NCBI GenBank assembly: GCA_964057225.1
Contig: OZ059897.1
Location: 17,112,001 to 17,176,000 of the forward strand
Direction of reading: 5' to 3'
Length of the DNA stretch: 64,000 nucleotides
Origin: Auanema rhodensis
Taxonomy: Eukaryota > Animalia > Nematoda
Shown here: piece by piece, positions 39,279 to 52,600 of the stretch
How the letters are laid out: every line of letters begins with the position of its first letter
Position numbering within the stretch: the first letter of the stretch is position 1
Translations under genes and position numbers: made by a program
Notes under the pieces: generated by a model
What the model was told of the DNA's origin: nothing
Seen by the model: the letters and a program-made list of their open reading frames with translations, nothing else
The model's database searches: none

Positions 39279-40520
39279 ATGTCGTTCTGTTATGATGATG
39301 AAGAAATCATGGATATTACACTAGGAGAAGAGGTAAGATTGAATGAGAGGTTTCTTCTCAATAATTTGTAGGGTACTACCATCTATGAAAAAGATGAACA
39401 GATGAATGAGGAGACTGAGGTTCAGCCTTTTATTCGATCAAACTTTGAATTTTCGCATATTCAAAGAGTTGATTCATTTAAAAAATCACAATCGAAATGC
39501 CGTATGATTTTATGTAGGTCTTCGCAGCAAAAAAAAGGTTTTCAGAAATTTCTAGAAAAATATGTTCTTACAAAGGTATTTCCAAGTACGGATGTAGTAT
39601 TTTTTATTGTATAATTGAGGCCCTACCAAATCCATTTTTTCTCGATATACTTGTAACCCATGAGTTGGCTAAGAAAATTAAACGTTATGTGAAGACAATA
39701 GTTTATGCTACTTGTTCGAATGAATCAGTACCCAAAGGTAGTGTTGCTTAGTGCAGTCTTATAAATATGATATTAGGCGATAAAAATGCTCTATATATAC
39801 ATGAGCTGAATCAAAAAGTAACACTGGCGTTAGTAAAAGTTGGCTCTTTACCTTCTAATATATTGAAGGAAGTTCAGAAATATCATCGAAAGGTACTTTG
39901 AAACAAAAGGTGATTAATTGAAGTATTTAAAGTATGTGACTGATGTAAACATAAAAGCAGAATCGCAGGATTTAAAAAATGATATAGCTTGTGAAGTATG
40001 GATACAAGTTATTTTTTAAAGCAAAAATATAGTTTAGGCAATAGATTGTCTTAGTCATCATATGATTCACAATATTTATTTATCAAATTTAAACGAGGAT
40101 GATTGCAAGGTAATTCATTTTCAACGGCAATTATCTAAATTTTAAAAATTTCAGGTTTACTATTTTTGTGGAGTTCACCTAAGATTTTTCGAACTGCTTT
40201 TCACGTTTTTACAAATGGAATGGAATATTTTTGAAAACTGTAAGCATTGGGTTTGTTTTTACGTTTAATTTCAAGTAAACTTTGAAATAATTTCAGAGAA
40301 ATGAACTTATATTAAAATACAAAAATGATATGAAAATAGTTTTGAATAACTTTCCTTCCGATGTTATTGAGGTTAGATTGTAAAATTTTCGACGAACAAT
40401 TTAAGGCTTTAGAACTTGTACCTTTTCTATCTAAACAGGTATGCCATATTGTGGATACATGGTGACTATGATGTATGGTTTTCGAAAGGCTTAGATATAT
40501 TTTCTACCGCCAGTCTTTGA
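39279..40520 (+). CDS. Hypothetical protein (~290 aa, about 9 exons), no recognised domain
   Basis: MSFCYDDEEIMDITLGEE start; phase-consistent GT-AG exon chain to ...GLDIFSTASL* (TGA 40518-40520). Divergent from the coiled-coil gene across ~240 bp. Confidence 0.65.
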
Positions 40521-40683
40521 TAAAATGTTTTTTTGCAAAGTCTTTAAACATTATTCACATTACTAAATTAATTTACTTTATATTCTAGAAAGTTCTGCAT
40601 ATTTAGTTAAGCAACATTGACATGGGGTCTGGGGAGGGGTTAACTTTATACTATTTTTCACATTAGAAATTGACTTTTTCTTA

Positions 40684-42977
40684 TCATAGGAAAACTTGAA
40701 TGAGTAGGAAGATCAGCATACAGGTAGCAATGTAAATGTTGATTTTAAGGCGAATTGTGGCGTTCTGTGGCTCCATGTAGTAGCTAAATCCTGTTTCTTC
40801 GTTTTGTATCAAATTATTGTCATTGCTTCCGATTCGTATCTGATCATCAGTATAGTTTGTTCCACTTAGTATCTTCCGTAAATTATTTCCTTTTGTGGAA
40901 GATTTTGATTTTGTGGACAATCGACAAGATCCTAAAAAATATAGCATAATTTAAATATAAAGCTTATTCTGTCACCATATTCTTGCAAAACTATTGTTTT
41001 TGAAGAATTGGAGTTAAAGTGTAGGTTCCGTGAACAATGTGCTCCCGTAGACGATAAATATAGCCGTCCATCGACTACTTTAGAAATCTATATGTCCGAA
41101 AATAAATAAATAATACTTTCAATTTACAAAGCATGACTGTATGTCCGGAGAGCGAGTTGTATAAGTAAAAATTGTTTGATTTTCTTTCCATGATCCTATA
41201 CAGTTGTAGAGGCGATCTAATAGTAGGTATATTCATACTTAATTGAACAAATATACTTACTGTCATAAATGGTTCCACTGTGACAGTCATAAGCGGAAAT
41301 TTTGAGAAGATTAGTACGACTACAATCGACTGTCACTTCATAGCAATCATCTGCTACGATGTCTGATGGAGTACGGTATTTCCCCGTTATTCCACAAGAT
41401 GATGGCACAGGGGTTTCTATTACAGCTGCAATCCAAGGTAGTTTGGAAAAACCACCTTCTGGTCTATAATATTATTTATTTCATTAGCTTGATTAATTCG
41501 TATTACTCGCAAAGTGATAAGTTAGTTTGTTCCGTGGGTACTGTTGAGGTAAACTCTAGCATAGAATTGCTTCTAGGTTTGAACCAAAAACAATGATATC
41601 CAACAGGTTCGCCACTAAACTCATTAATACTACAAGCTCCAGTAAAATTAATTGTAAAACCATTTAGTCTCTGAGTAAACGAGAATTCGATCGTTTTCGA
41701 TACTAAGACAATAAGAAAAAACGGGAACATTTCCGTTTTGATTGTATTCAAGTAAATTATCTGTTACAACAAGGTTACGGTAGTTACCCTGGAGCCATTC
41801 AGGAAATTTGCACTGTTGCACAGCGACACTACCACTTTCTACAAAGTAAAATTTTTTTAAATACATAGTTACTAAGAAATACTTGGAAGAAAAGTATATT
41901 GCTCAAAGTAATAAGATGAACGTAATTGAGTGCACGATGAATTTTTTGAAAAATTAACTGTCACTCCCATATCATTCTTCAGAATAATCTTAAAAAGAAA
42001 AAATGCTTAATTGTCAATTCTGAACATACTCCACAGCGCGTTTCATCGGTGTCCAAATTTTCAACCATTATGTAATGGTTTCCATTGCCGTCTCTCCATC
42101 TTCCTAAACATTCGAAAGATGTGCTGAAATCAGGAAAAGTACAGTTTACAAAATTAATGCTTATAATAGAAGAGGATTGACAGTTTTCTCCCTGGAAATA
42201 CATTGTTATTTTGTATACAAAAGGAAAAACTCAACAAAACTGCTATTCAAGCCTTCGCAAAATATTGTATTGTCATTATTTTTATATGTGATGAAAAAGT
42301 TGCTCTCCAAATCGCAATTTGCTGGTTTTCGGTGCTCGCCCCCTGAATTAACTATTGTAAGTCTGTTTTCAATAATTAAAAACTTAGTAATATAAATCCA
42401 TCTTCCATATTTACTTGGTGAATGGCAAAACAAGATTGCTTGGCTTCTTCTATTGAGTCAAAGCAATTATTTTCTAGAAATATTGAACGAGTATAAGATA
42501 CAATTGTGATCTTGGTGGTTTACCTTGCTGATGGGCAATTTGAACAATATTTAAAGATAATGATAATAATGTAATACATTTAAAGCAAATTTCCCTTCCC
42601 ATTCGACTATAATCAGAATTCATTAATGAGAAAAAAACTACGAATACCGTTGACCCATAATGTATGAACTAGCAAAGGTCTCATAACATTCACCAAACGT
42701 GGTGATGGAAGATGATGTTACAATAATCTGTACCATTTGATTACATATAAAAAACTTAATTAACTTTCACAACCTTATTGGTTGAAGAATTATAGCTGTC
42801 AACGGCGAGATTATCAGACACAAATACTCCGTGAAATGCACTATCAATGAAACACCGGGGTAGAGCGAATGCTGTACAGAAGTCAGATAAAAACGTATAA
42901 CAGAAAAAATTTATCAAACCTGAACATGAATATAATAAAACTAAACACCAGGAAATCATTGGTAAAAGTGAGAACAT
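40684..42977 (-). CDS. Cys-rich cell-surface protein with signal peptide and C-terminal hydrophobic anchor
   Basis: N-terminal MFSLLPMISWCLVLLYSC; repeated modules such as CKFPEWLQGNY, FECLGRW...ETRCG and SCGITGKY; ends INIYIATCMLIFLLIQVFL*. TTTTCCAG lies directly before the ATG. Confidence 0.75.
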
Positions 42978-43154
42978 CTGGAAAAATTGATTATATACGT
43001 GGTTTATGAGGAAGTAATATGTAGTATCTCTTCAGTTTCCACTTATGGTGAATCGCACACATGTATATATATATATATATAAAGTGAAGAGCAAACGTAT
43101 ATATCATGAAAATATTTGATTAATACTCAACATTATATATAAGTATAATATAAG

Positions 43155-43181
43155 TTTTGCTAAGGCTGAGCCAAAGCAAAA
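43155..43181. other. 27-bp degenerate palindrome, candidate Sequence For Elimination (programmed DNA break / telomere addition site)
   Basis: TTTTGCT-AA-GGCT-G-AGCC-AA-AGCAAAA: 11 of 13 symmetric pairs around 43168, with a GGC-N3-GCC core, between the last gene and the satellite. Confidence 0.55.
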
Positions 43182-43659
43182 AAAAATATGTTGTTCATAG
43201 ATATATAACCCTAGGAGTATAAAGTATAGGCTCAACTATATGCATTTATATTGTACTGTTTAGGTTTGACATTTTCTCTTGAGTTCCCATGAACACTCAA
43301 AATTGCTTCCCGAAACTTTTTGACAAAAATTTTCCCGAAAAATTTCAAAATAATTTCATGATGAGTATATGTTTTTAGATTAATTATTTCAAAGCAAAGA
43401 CGATGAACAATGTTATTTAACGAAAATATAAATCTTTAGGGTGAAAATCGAGGATATAAGTGTGAACCTATATCAGTTGATATCTCGGTGCATTTTTAAG
43501 CTAGCGCAAATCTGATAACACAGATCGACGCAGCTTAGAAATCCGCATCGAATGCACTATACTACATTGAGAAACGCTTAATACAAAAATTAGTTATGAT
43601 CGTTTGAAAAATGATGCATTAGTGCTCGAAAATAGGCATCAAATGTCATCATCAAAAAT

Positions 43660-46600
43660 GCATAAATTAAAGTTCACGTAAATTTCAAAGTCATGGTTAC
43701 CATGCACCAATATCAATAAAAATTTGTTTTTAGACTAAGATGGACATGGGGAATCTAATTTTGAAAACCGCATCTCTTTATCTTTCACGGGAAGCGAGTT
43801 ACATACCAAGGGCACATCACGTGTACATTTAATTAGCATAAATTGAAGTTCACGTAAATTTCAAAGTCATGGTTACCATGCATCAATATCAATAAAAATT
43901 TGTATTCAGACTAATATGGACATGGGGAATCTAATTTTGAAAACCGCATCTCTTTATCTTTCATGGGAAGCGAGATACATACCGAGTGCACATCGCGTGT
44001 ACATTTAATTAGCATAAATTGAAGTTCACGTAAATTTCAAAATCATGGTTACCATGCACTAATATCAATGAAAATTTGGTTTTAGACTAATATGGACATG
44101 GGGAATCTAATTTTGAAAACCGCATCTCTTCATCTTTCACGGGAAGCGAGTTACATACCAAGTACACATCACGTGTACATTTAATTAGCATAAATTAAAG
44201 TTCACGTAAATTTCAAAGTCATGGTTACCATGCACCAATATCAATAAAAAATTGTTTTTAGACTAATATGGACATGGGGAATCTAATTTTGAAAATCGCA
44301 TCTCTTTATCTTTCACGGGAAGCGAGTTTCATACAAGTGCACATCACGTGTACATTTAATTAGCATAAATTGAAGTTCACGTGAATTTCAAAGTCATGGT
44401 TACCATGCACCAATATGAATAAGAATTTGTTTTTAGACTAATGTGGACATGGGGAATCTAATTTTGAAAACCGCATCTCTTTATCTTTCACGGGAAGCGA
44501 GATACATACCGAGTGCACATCGCGTGTACATTTAATTAGCATAAATTAAAGTTCATGTAAATTTCAAAGTCATGGTTGCCATGCACCAATATCAATAAAA
44601 ATTTGGTTTTAGACTAATATGGATATGGGGAATCTAATTTTGAAAACCGCATCTCTTTATCTTTCACGGGAAGCGAGTTTCATACCAAGTGCACATCACG
44701 TGTACATTTAATTAGCATAAATTAAAGTTCACGTAAATTTCAAAGTCATGGTTACCATGCATCAATATCAATAAAAATTTGTTTTCAGACTAATATGGAC
44801 ATGGGGAATCTAATTTTGAAAACCGCATCTTTTCATCTTTCACGGGAAGCGAGTTACATACCAAGTACACATCACGTGTACATTTAATTAGCATAAATTA
44901 AAGTTCACGTAAATTTCAAAGTCATGGTTACCATGCACCAATATCAATAAAATATTGTTTTTAGACTAATATGGACTTGGGGAATCTAATTTTGAAAACC
45001 GCATCTTTTCATCTTTCACGGGAAGCGAGTTACATACCAAGTACACATCACGTGTACATTTAATTAGCATAAATTAAAGTTCACGTAAATTTCGAAGTCA
45101 TGGTTACCATGCACTAATATCAATGAAAATTTGGTTTTAGACTAATATGGATATGGGGAATCTAATTTTGAAAACCGCATCTTTTCATCTTTCACGGGAA
45201 GCGAGTTACATACCAAGTACACATCACGTGTACATTTAATTAGCATAAATTAAAGTTCACGTAAATTTCGAAGTCATGGTTACCATGCACTAATATCAAT
45301 GAAAATTTGGTTTTAGACTAATATGGATATGGGGAATCTAATTTTGAAAACCGCATCTTTTCATCTTTCACGGGAAGCGAGTTACATACCAAGTACACAT
45401 CACGTGTACATTTAATTAGCATAAATTAAAGTTCACGTAAATTTCAAAGTCATGGTTACCATGCACCAATATCAATGAAAATTTGTTTTTAGACTAATAT
45501 GGACATGGGGAATCTAATTTTAAAAACCGCATCTCTTTATCTTTCACGGGAAGCGAGTTTCATACAAGTGCACATCACGTGTACATTTAATTAGCATAAA
45601 TTGAAGTTCACGTAAATTTCAAAGTCATGGTTACCATGCACCAATATGAATAAGAATTTGTTTTTAGACTAATATGGACATGGGGAATCTAATTTTGAAA
45701 ACCGCATCTCTTTATCTTTCACGGGAAGCGAGTTACATACCGAGTGCACATCACGTGTACATTTAATTAGCATAAATTAAAGTTCACGTAAATTTCGAAG
45801 TCATGGTTACCATGCACCAATATCAATAAAAATTTCTTTTTAGACTAATATGGACTTGGGGAATCTAATTTTGAAAACCGCATCTCTTTATCTTTCACGG
45901 GGAGCGAGTTTCATACCAAGTGCACATCACGTGTACATTTAATTAGCATAAATTAAAGTTCACGTAAATTTCAAAGTCATGGTTACCATGCACCAATATC
46001 AATGAAAATTTGTTTTTAGACTAATATGAACATGGTGAATCTAATTTTGAAAACCGCATCTCTTTATCTTTCACGGGAAGCGAGTTACATACCAAGTACA
46101 CATCACGTGTACATTTAATTAGCATAAATGAAAGTTCACGTAAATTTGAAAGTCATGGTTACCATGCACCAATATCAATAAAAATTTGTATTCAGACTAA
46201 TATGGACATGGGGAATCTAATTTTGAAAACCGCATCTCTTTATCTTTCACGGGAAGCGAGTTTCATACAAGTGCACATCACGTGTACATTTAATTAGCAT
46301 AAATTGAAGTTCACGTAAATTTCAAAGTCATGGTTACCATGCACCAATATGAATAAGAATTTGTTTTTAGACTAATATGGACATGGGGAATCTAATTTTG
46401 AAAACCGCATCTCTTTATCTTTCACGGGAAGCGAGTTACATACCGAGTGCACATCACGTGTACATTTAATTAGCATAAATTAAAGTTCACGTAAATTTCA
46501 AAGTCATGGTTACCATGCATCAATATCAATAAAATATTGTTTTTAGACTAATATGGACTTGGGGAATCTAATTTTGAAAACCGCATCTCTTCATCTATCA

Positions 46601-49600
46601 CGGGAAGCGAGTTACATACCAAGTACACATCGCGTGTACATTTAATTAGCATAAATTGAAGTTCACGTGAATTTCAAAGTCATGGTTACCATGCACCAAT
46701 ATGAATAAGAATTTGTTTTTAGACTAATGTGGACATGGGGAATCTAATTTTGAAAACCGCATCTCTTTATCTTTCACGGGAAGCGAGTTACATACCAAGT
46801 GCACATCACGTGTACATTTAATTAGCATAAATTAAAGTTCACGTAAATTTCAAAGTCATGGTTGCCATGCACCAATATGAATAAGAATTTGTTTTTAGAC
46901 TAATATGGACATGGGGAATCTAATTTTGAAAACCGCATCTCCTTATCTTTCACGGGAAGCGAGTTACATACCGAGTGCACATCACGTGTACATTTAATTA
47001 GCATAAATTAAAGTTCACGTAAATTTCAAAGTCATGGTTACCATGCATCAATATCAATAAAATATTGTTTTTAGACTAATATGGACTTGGGGAATCTAAT
47101 TTTGAAAACCGCATCTCTTTATCTTTCACGGGAAGCGAGTTTCATACCAAGTGCACATCGCGTGTACATTTAATTAGCATAAATTGAAGTTCACGTAAAT
47201 TTCAAAGTCATGGTTACCATGCATCAATATCAATAAAATATTGTTTTTAGACTAATATGGACTTGGGGAATCTAATTTTGAAAACCGCATCTCTTTATCT
47301 TTCACGGGAAGCGAGTTACATACCGAGTGCACATCACGTGTACATTTAATTAGCATAAATTGAAGTTCACGTGAATTTCAAAGTCATGGTTACCATGCAC
47401 CAATATGAATAAGAATTTGTTTTTAGACTAATGTGGACATGGGGAATCTAATTTTGAAAACCGCATCTCTTTATCTTTCATGGGAAGCGAGATACATACC
47501 GAGTGCACATCGCGTGTACATTTAATTAGCATAAATTAAAGTTCACGTGAATTTCAAAGTCATGGTTGCCATGCACCAATATCAATAAAAATTTGGTTTT
47601 AGACTAATATGGATATGGGGAATCTAATTTTGAAAACCGCATCTCTTTATCTTTCACGGGAAGCGAGTTTCATACCAAGTGCACATCACGTGTACATTTA
47701 ATTAGCATAAATTAAAGTTCACGTAAATTTCAAAATCATGGTTACCATGCACCAATATCAATAAAAATTTGGTTTTAGACTAATATGGATATGGGGAATC
47801 TAATTTTGAAAACCGCATCTCTTTATCTTTCACGGGAAGCGAGTTTCATACCAAGTGCACATCACGTGTACATTTAATTAGCATAAATTAAAGTTCACGT
47901 AATTTTCAAAATCATGGTTACCATGCACCAATATCAATAAAAATTTGTTTTCAGACTAATATGGACATGGGGAATCTAATTTTGAAAACCGCATCTCTTC
48001 ATCTTTAAAGTGAAGCGAGTTACATACCAAGTACACATCACGTGTACATTTAATTAGCATAAATTGAAGTTCACGTGAATTTCAAAGTCATGGTTACCAT
48101 GCACCAATATGAATAAGAATTTGTTTTTAGACTAATGTGGACATGGGGAATCTAATTTTGAAAACCGCATCTCTTCATCTTTCACGGGAAGCGAGTTACA
48201 TACCAAGTACACATCACGTGTACATTTAATTAGCATAAATTGAAGTTCACGTGAATTTCAAAGTCATGGTTACCATGCACCAATATGAATAAGAATTTGT
48301 TTTTAGACTAATGTGGACATGGGGAATCTAATTTTGAAAACCGCATCTCTTCATCTTTCAAGGGAAGCGAGTTACATACCAAGTACACATCACGTGTACA
48401 TTTAATTAGCATAAATTGAAGTTCACGTGAATTTCAAAGTCATGGTTACCATGCACCAATATGAATAAGAATTTGTTTTTAGACTAATGTGGACTTGGGG
48501 AATCTAATTTTGAAAACCGCATCTCTTTATCTTTCACGGGAAGCGAGATACATACCAAGTGCACACCGCGTGTACATTTAATTAGCATAAATTAAAGTTC
48601 ACGTAAATTTAAAATCATGGTTACCATGCACTAATATCAATGAAAATTTGGTTTTAGACTAATATGGATATGGGGAATCTAATTTTGAAAACCGCATCTC
48701 TTTATCTTTCACGTGAAGCGAGTTACATACCAAGTGCACATCACGTGTACATTTAATTAGCATAAATTGAAGTTCACGTAAATATCAAAGTCATGGTTAC
48801 CATGCACCAATATCGATAAAAATTTGTTTTTAGACTAATATGGATATGGGGAATCTAATTTTGAAAACCGCATCTTTTGATCTTTCACGGGAAGCGAGTT
48901 ACATACCGAGTGCACATCGCGTGTACATTTAATTAGCATAAATTAAAGTTCACGTAAATTTCAAAGTCATGGTTACCATGCATCAATATCAATAAAATAT
49001 TGTTTTTAGACTAATATGGACTCGGGGAATCTAATTTTGAAAACCGCATCTCTTTATCTTTCACGGGAAGCGAGTTTCATACCAAGTGCACATCACGTGT
49101 ACATTTTATTAGCATAAATTGAAGTTCACGTAAATATCAAAGTCATGGTTACCATGCACCAATATCAATAAAAATTTGGTTTTAGACTAATATGGATATG
49201 GGGAATCTAATTTTGAAAACCGCATCTCTTTATCTTTCACGGGAAGCGAGTTTCATACCAAGTGCACATCACGTGTACATTTAATTAGCATAAATTAAAG
49301 TTCACGTAATTTTCAAAATCATGGTTACCATGCACCAATATCAATAAAAATTTGGTTTTAGACTAATATGGATATGGGGAATCTAATTTTGAAAACCGCA
49401 TCTCTTTATCTTTCACGGGAAGCGAGTTTCATACCAAGTGCACATCACGTGTACATTTAATTAGCATAAATTAAAGTTCACGTAATTTTCAAAATCATGG
49501 TTACCATGCACCAATATCAATAAAAATTTGTTTTCAGACTAATATGGACATGGGGAATCTAATTTTGAAAACCGCATCTCTTCATCTTTCACGGGAAGCG

Positions 49601-52600
49601 AGTTACATACCAAGTACACATCACGTGTACATTTAATTAGCATAAATTGAAGTTCACGTGAATTTCAAAGTCATGGTTACCATGCACCAATATGAATAAG
49701 AATTTGTTTTTAGACTAATGTGGACATGGGGAATCTAATTTTGAAAACCGCATCTCTTCATCTTTCACGGGAAGCGAGTTACATACCAAGTACACATCAC
49801 GTGTACATTTAATTAGCATAAATGAAAGTTCACGTAAATTTGAAAGTCATGGTTACCATGCACCAATATGAATAAGAATTTGTTTTTAGACTAATGTGGA
49901 CATGGGGAATCTAATTTTGAAAACCGCATCTCTTTATCTTTCACGGGAAGCGAGATACATACCAAGTGCACATCGCGTGTACATTTAATTAGCATAAATT
50001 AAAGTTCACGTAAATTTCAAAGTCATGGTTGCCATGCACCAATATGAATAAGAATTTGTTTTTAGACTAATATGGACATGGGGAATCTAATTTTGAAAAC
50101 CGCATCTCTTTATCTTTCACGGGAAGCGAGTTACATACCGAGTGCACATCACGTGTACATTTAATTAGCATAAATTAAAGTTCACGTAAATTTCAAAGTC
50201 ATGGTTACCATGCATCAATATCAATAAAATATTGTTTTTAGACTAATATGGACTTGGGGAATCTAATTTTGAAAACCGCATCTCTTTATCTTTCACGGGA
50301 AGCGAGTTTCATACCAAGTGCACATCGCGTGTACATTTAATTAGCATAAATTGAAGTTCACGTAAATTTCAAAGTCATGGTTACCATGCATCAATATCAA
50401 TAAAATATTGTTTTTAGACTAATATGGACTTGGGGAATCTAATTTTGAAAACCGCATCTCTTTATCTTTCACGGGAAGCGAGTTACATACCGAGTGCACA
50501 TCACGTGTACATTTAATTAGCATAAATTGAAGTTCACGTGAATTTCAAAGTCATGGTTACCATGCACCAATATGAATAAGAATTTGTTTTTAGACTAATG
50601 TGGACATGGGGAATCTAATTTTGAAAACCGCATCTCTTTATCTTTCACGGGAAGCGAGTTTCATACCAAGTGCACATCACGTGTACATTTAATTAGCATA
50701 AATTAAAGTTCACGTAAATTTCAAAATCATGGTTACCATGCACCAATATCAATAAAAATTTGGTTTTAGACTAATATGGATATGGGGAATCTAATTTTGA
50801 AAACCGCATCTCTTTATCTTTCACGGGAAGCGAGTTTCATACCAAGTGCACATCACGTGTACATTTAATTAGCATAAATTAAAGTTCACGTAAATTTCAA
50901 AATCATGGTTACCATGCACCAATATCAATAAAAATTTGGTTTTAGACTAATATGGATATGGGGAATCTAATTTTGAAAACCGCATCTCTTTATCTTTCAC
51001 GGGAAGCGAGTTTCATACCAAGTGCACATCACGTGTACATTTAATTAGCATAAATTAAAGTTCACGTAATTTTCAAAATCATGGTTACCATGCACCAATA
51101 TCAATAAAAATTTGTTTTCAGACTAATATGGACATGGGGAATCTAATTTTGAAAACCGCATCTCTTCATCTTTCACGGGAAGCGAGTTACATACCAAGTA
51201 CACATCACGTGTACATTTAATTAGCATAAATTGAAGTTCACGTGAATTTCAAAGTCATGGTTACCATGCACCAATATGAATAAGAATTTGTTTTTAGACT
51301 AATGTGGACATGGGGAATCTAATTTTGAAAACCGCATCTCTTCATCTTTCACGGGAAGCGAGTTACATACCAAGTACACATCACGTGTACATTTAATTAG
51401 CATAAATTGAAGTTCACGTGAATTTCAAAGTCATGGTTACCATGCACCAATATGAATAAGAATTTGTTTTTAGACTAATGTGGACATGGGGAATCTAATT
51501 TTGAAAACCGCATCTCTTCATCTTTCAAGGGAAGCGAGTTACATACCAAGTACACATCACGTGTACATTTAATTAGCATAAATTGAAGTTCACGTGAATT
51601 TCAAAGTCATGGTTACCATGCACCAATATGAATAAGAATTTGTTTTTAGACTAATGTGGACTTGGGGAATCTAATTTTGAAAACCGCATCTCTTTATCTT
51701 TCACGGGAAGCGAGATACATACCAAGTGCACACCGCGTGTACATTTAATTAGCATAAATTAAAGTTCACGTAAATTTAAAATCATGGTTACCATGCACTA
51801 ATATCAATGAAAATTTGGTTTTAGACTAATATGGATATGGGGAATCTAATTTTGAAAACCCCATCTCTTTATCTTTCACGTGAAGCGAGTTACATACCAA
51901 GTGCACATCACGTGTACATTTAATTAGCATAAATTGAAGTTCACGTAAATATCAAAGTCATGGTTACCATGCACCAATATCGATAAAAATTTGTTTTTAG
52001 ACTAATATGGATATGGGGAATCTAATTTTGAAAACCGCATCTTTTCATCTTTCACGGGAAGCGAGTTACATACCGAGTGCACATCGCGTGTACATTTAAT
52101 TAGCATAAATTAAAGTTCACGTAAATTTCAAAGTCATGGTTACCATGCATCAATATCAATAAAATATTGTTTTTAGACTAATATGGACTCGGGGAATCTA
52201 ATTTTGAAAACCGCATCTCTTTATCTTTCACGGGAAGCGAGTTTCATACCAAGTGCACATCACGTGTACATTTTATTAGCATAAATTGAAGTTCACGTAA
52301 ATATCAAAGTCATGGTTACCATGCACCAATATCAATAAAAATTTGGTTTTAGCCTAATATGGATATGGGGAATCTAATTTTGAAAACCGCATCTCTTTAT
52401 CTTTCACGGGAAGCGAGTTTCATACCAAGTGCACATCACGTGTACATTTAATTAGCATAAATTAAAGTTCACGTAATTTTCAAAATCATGGTTACCATGC
52501 ACCAATATCAATAAAAATTTGTTTTCAGACTAATATGGACATGGGGAATCTAATTTTGAAAACCGCATCTCTTCATCTTTCACGGGAAGCGAGTTACATA

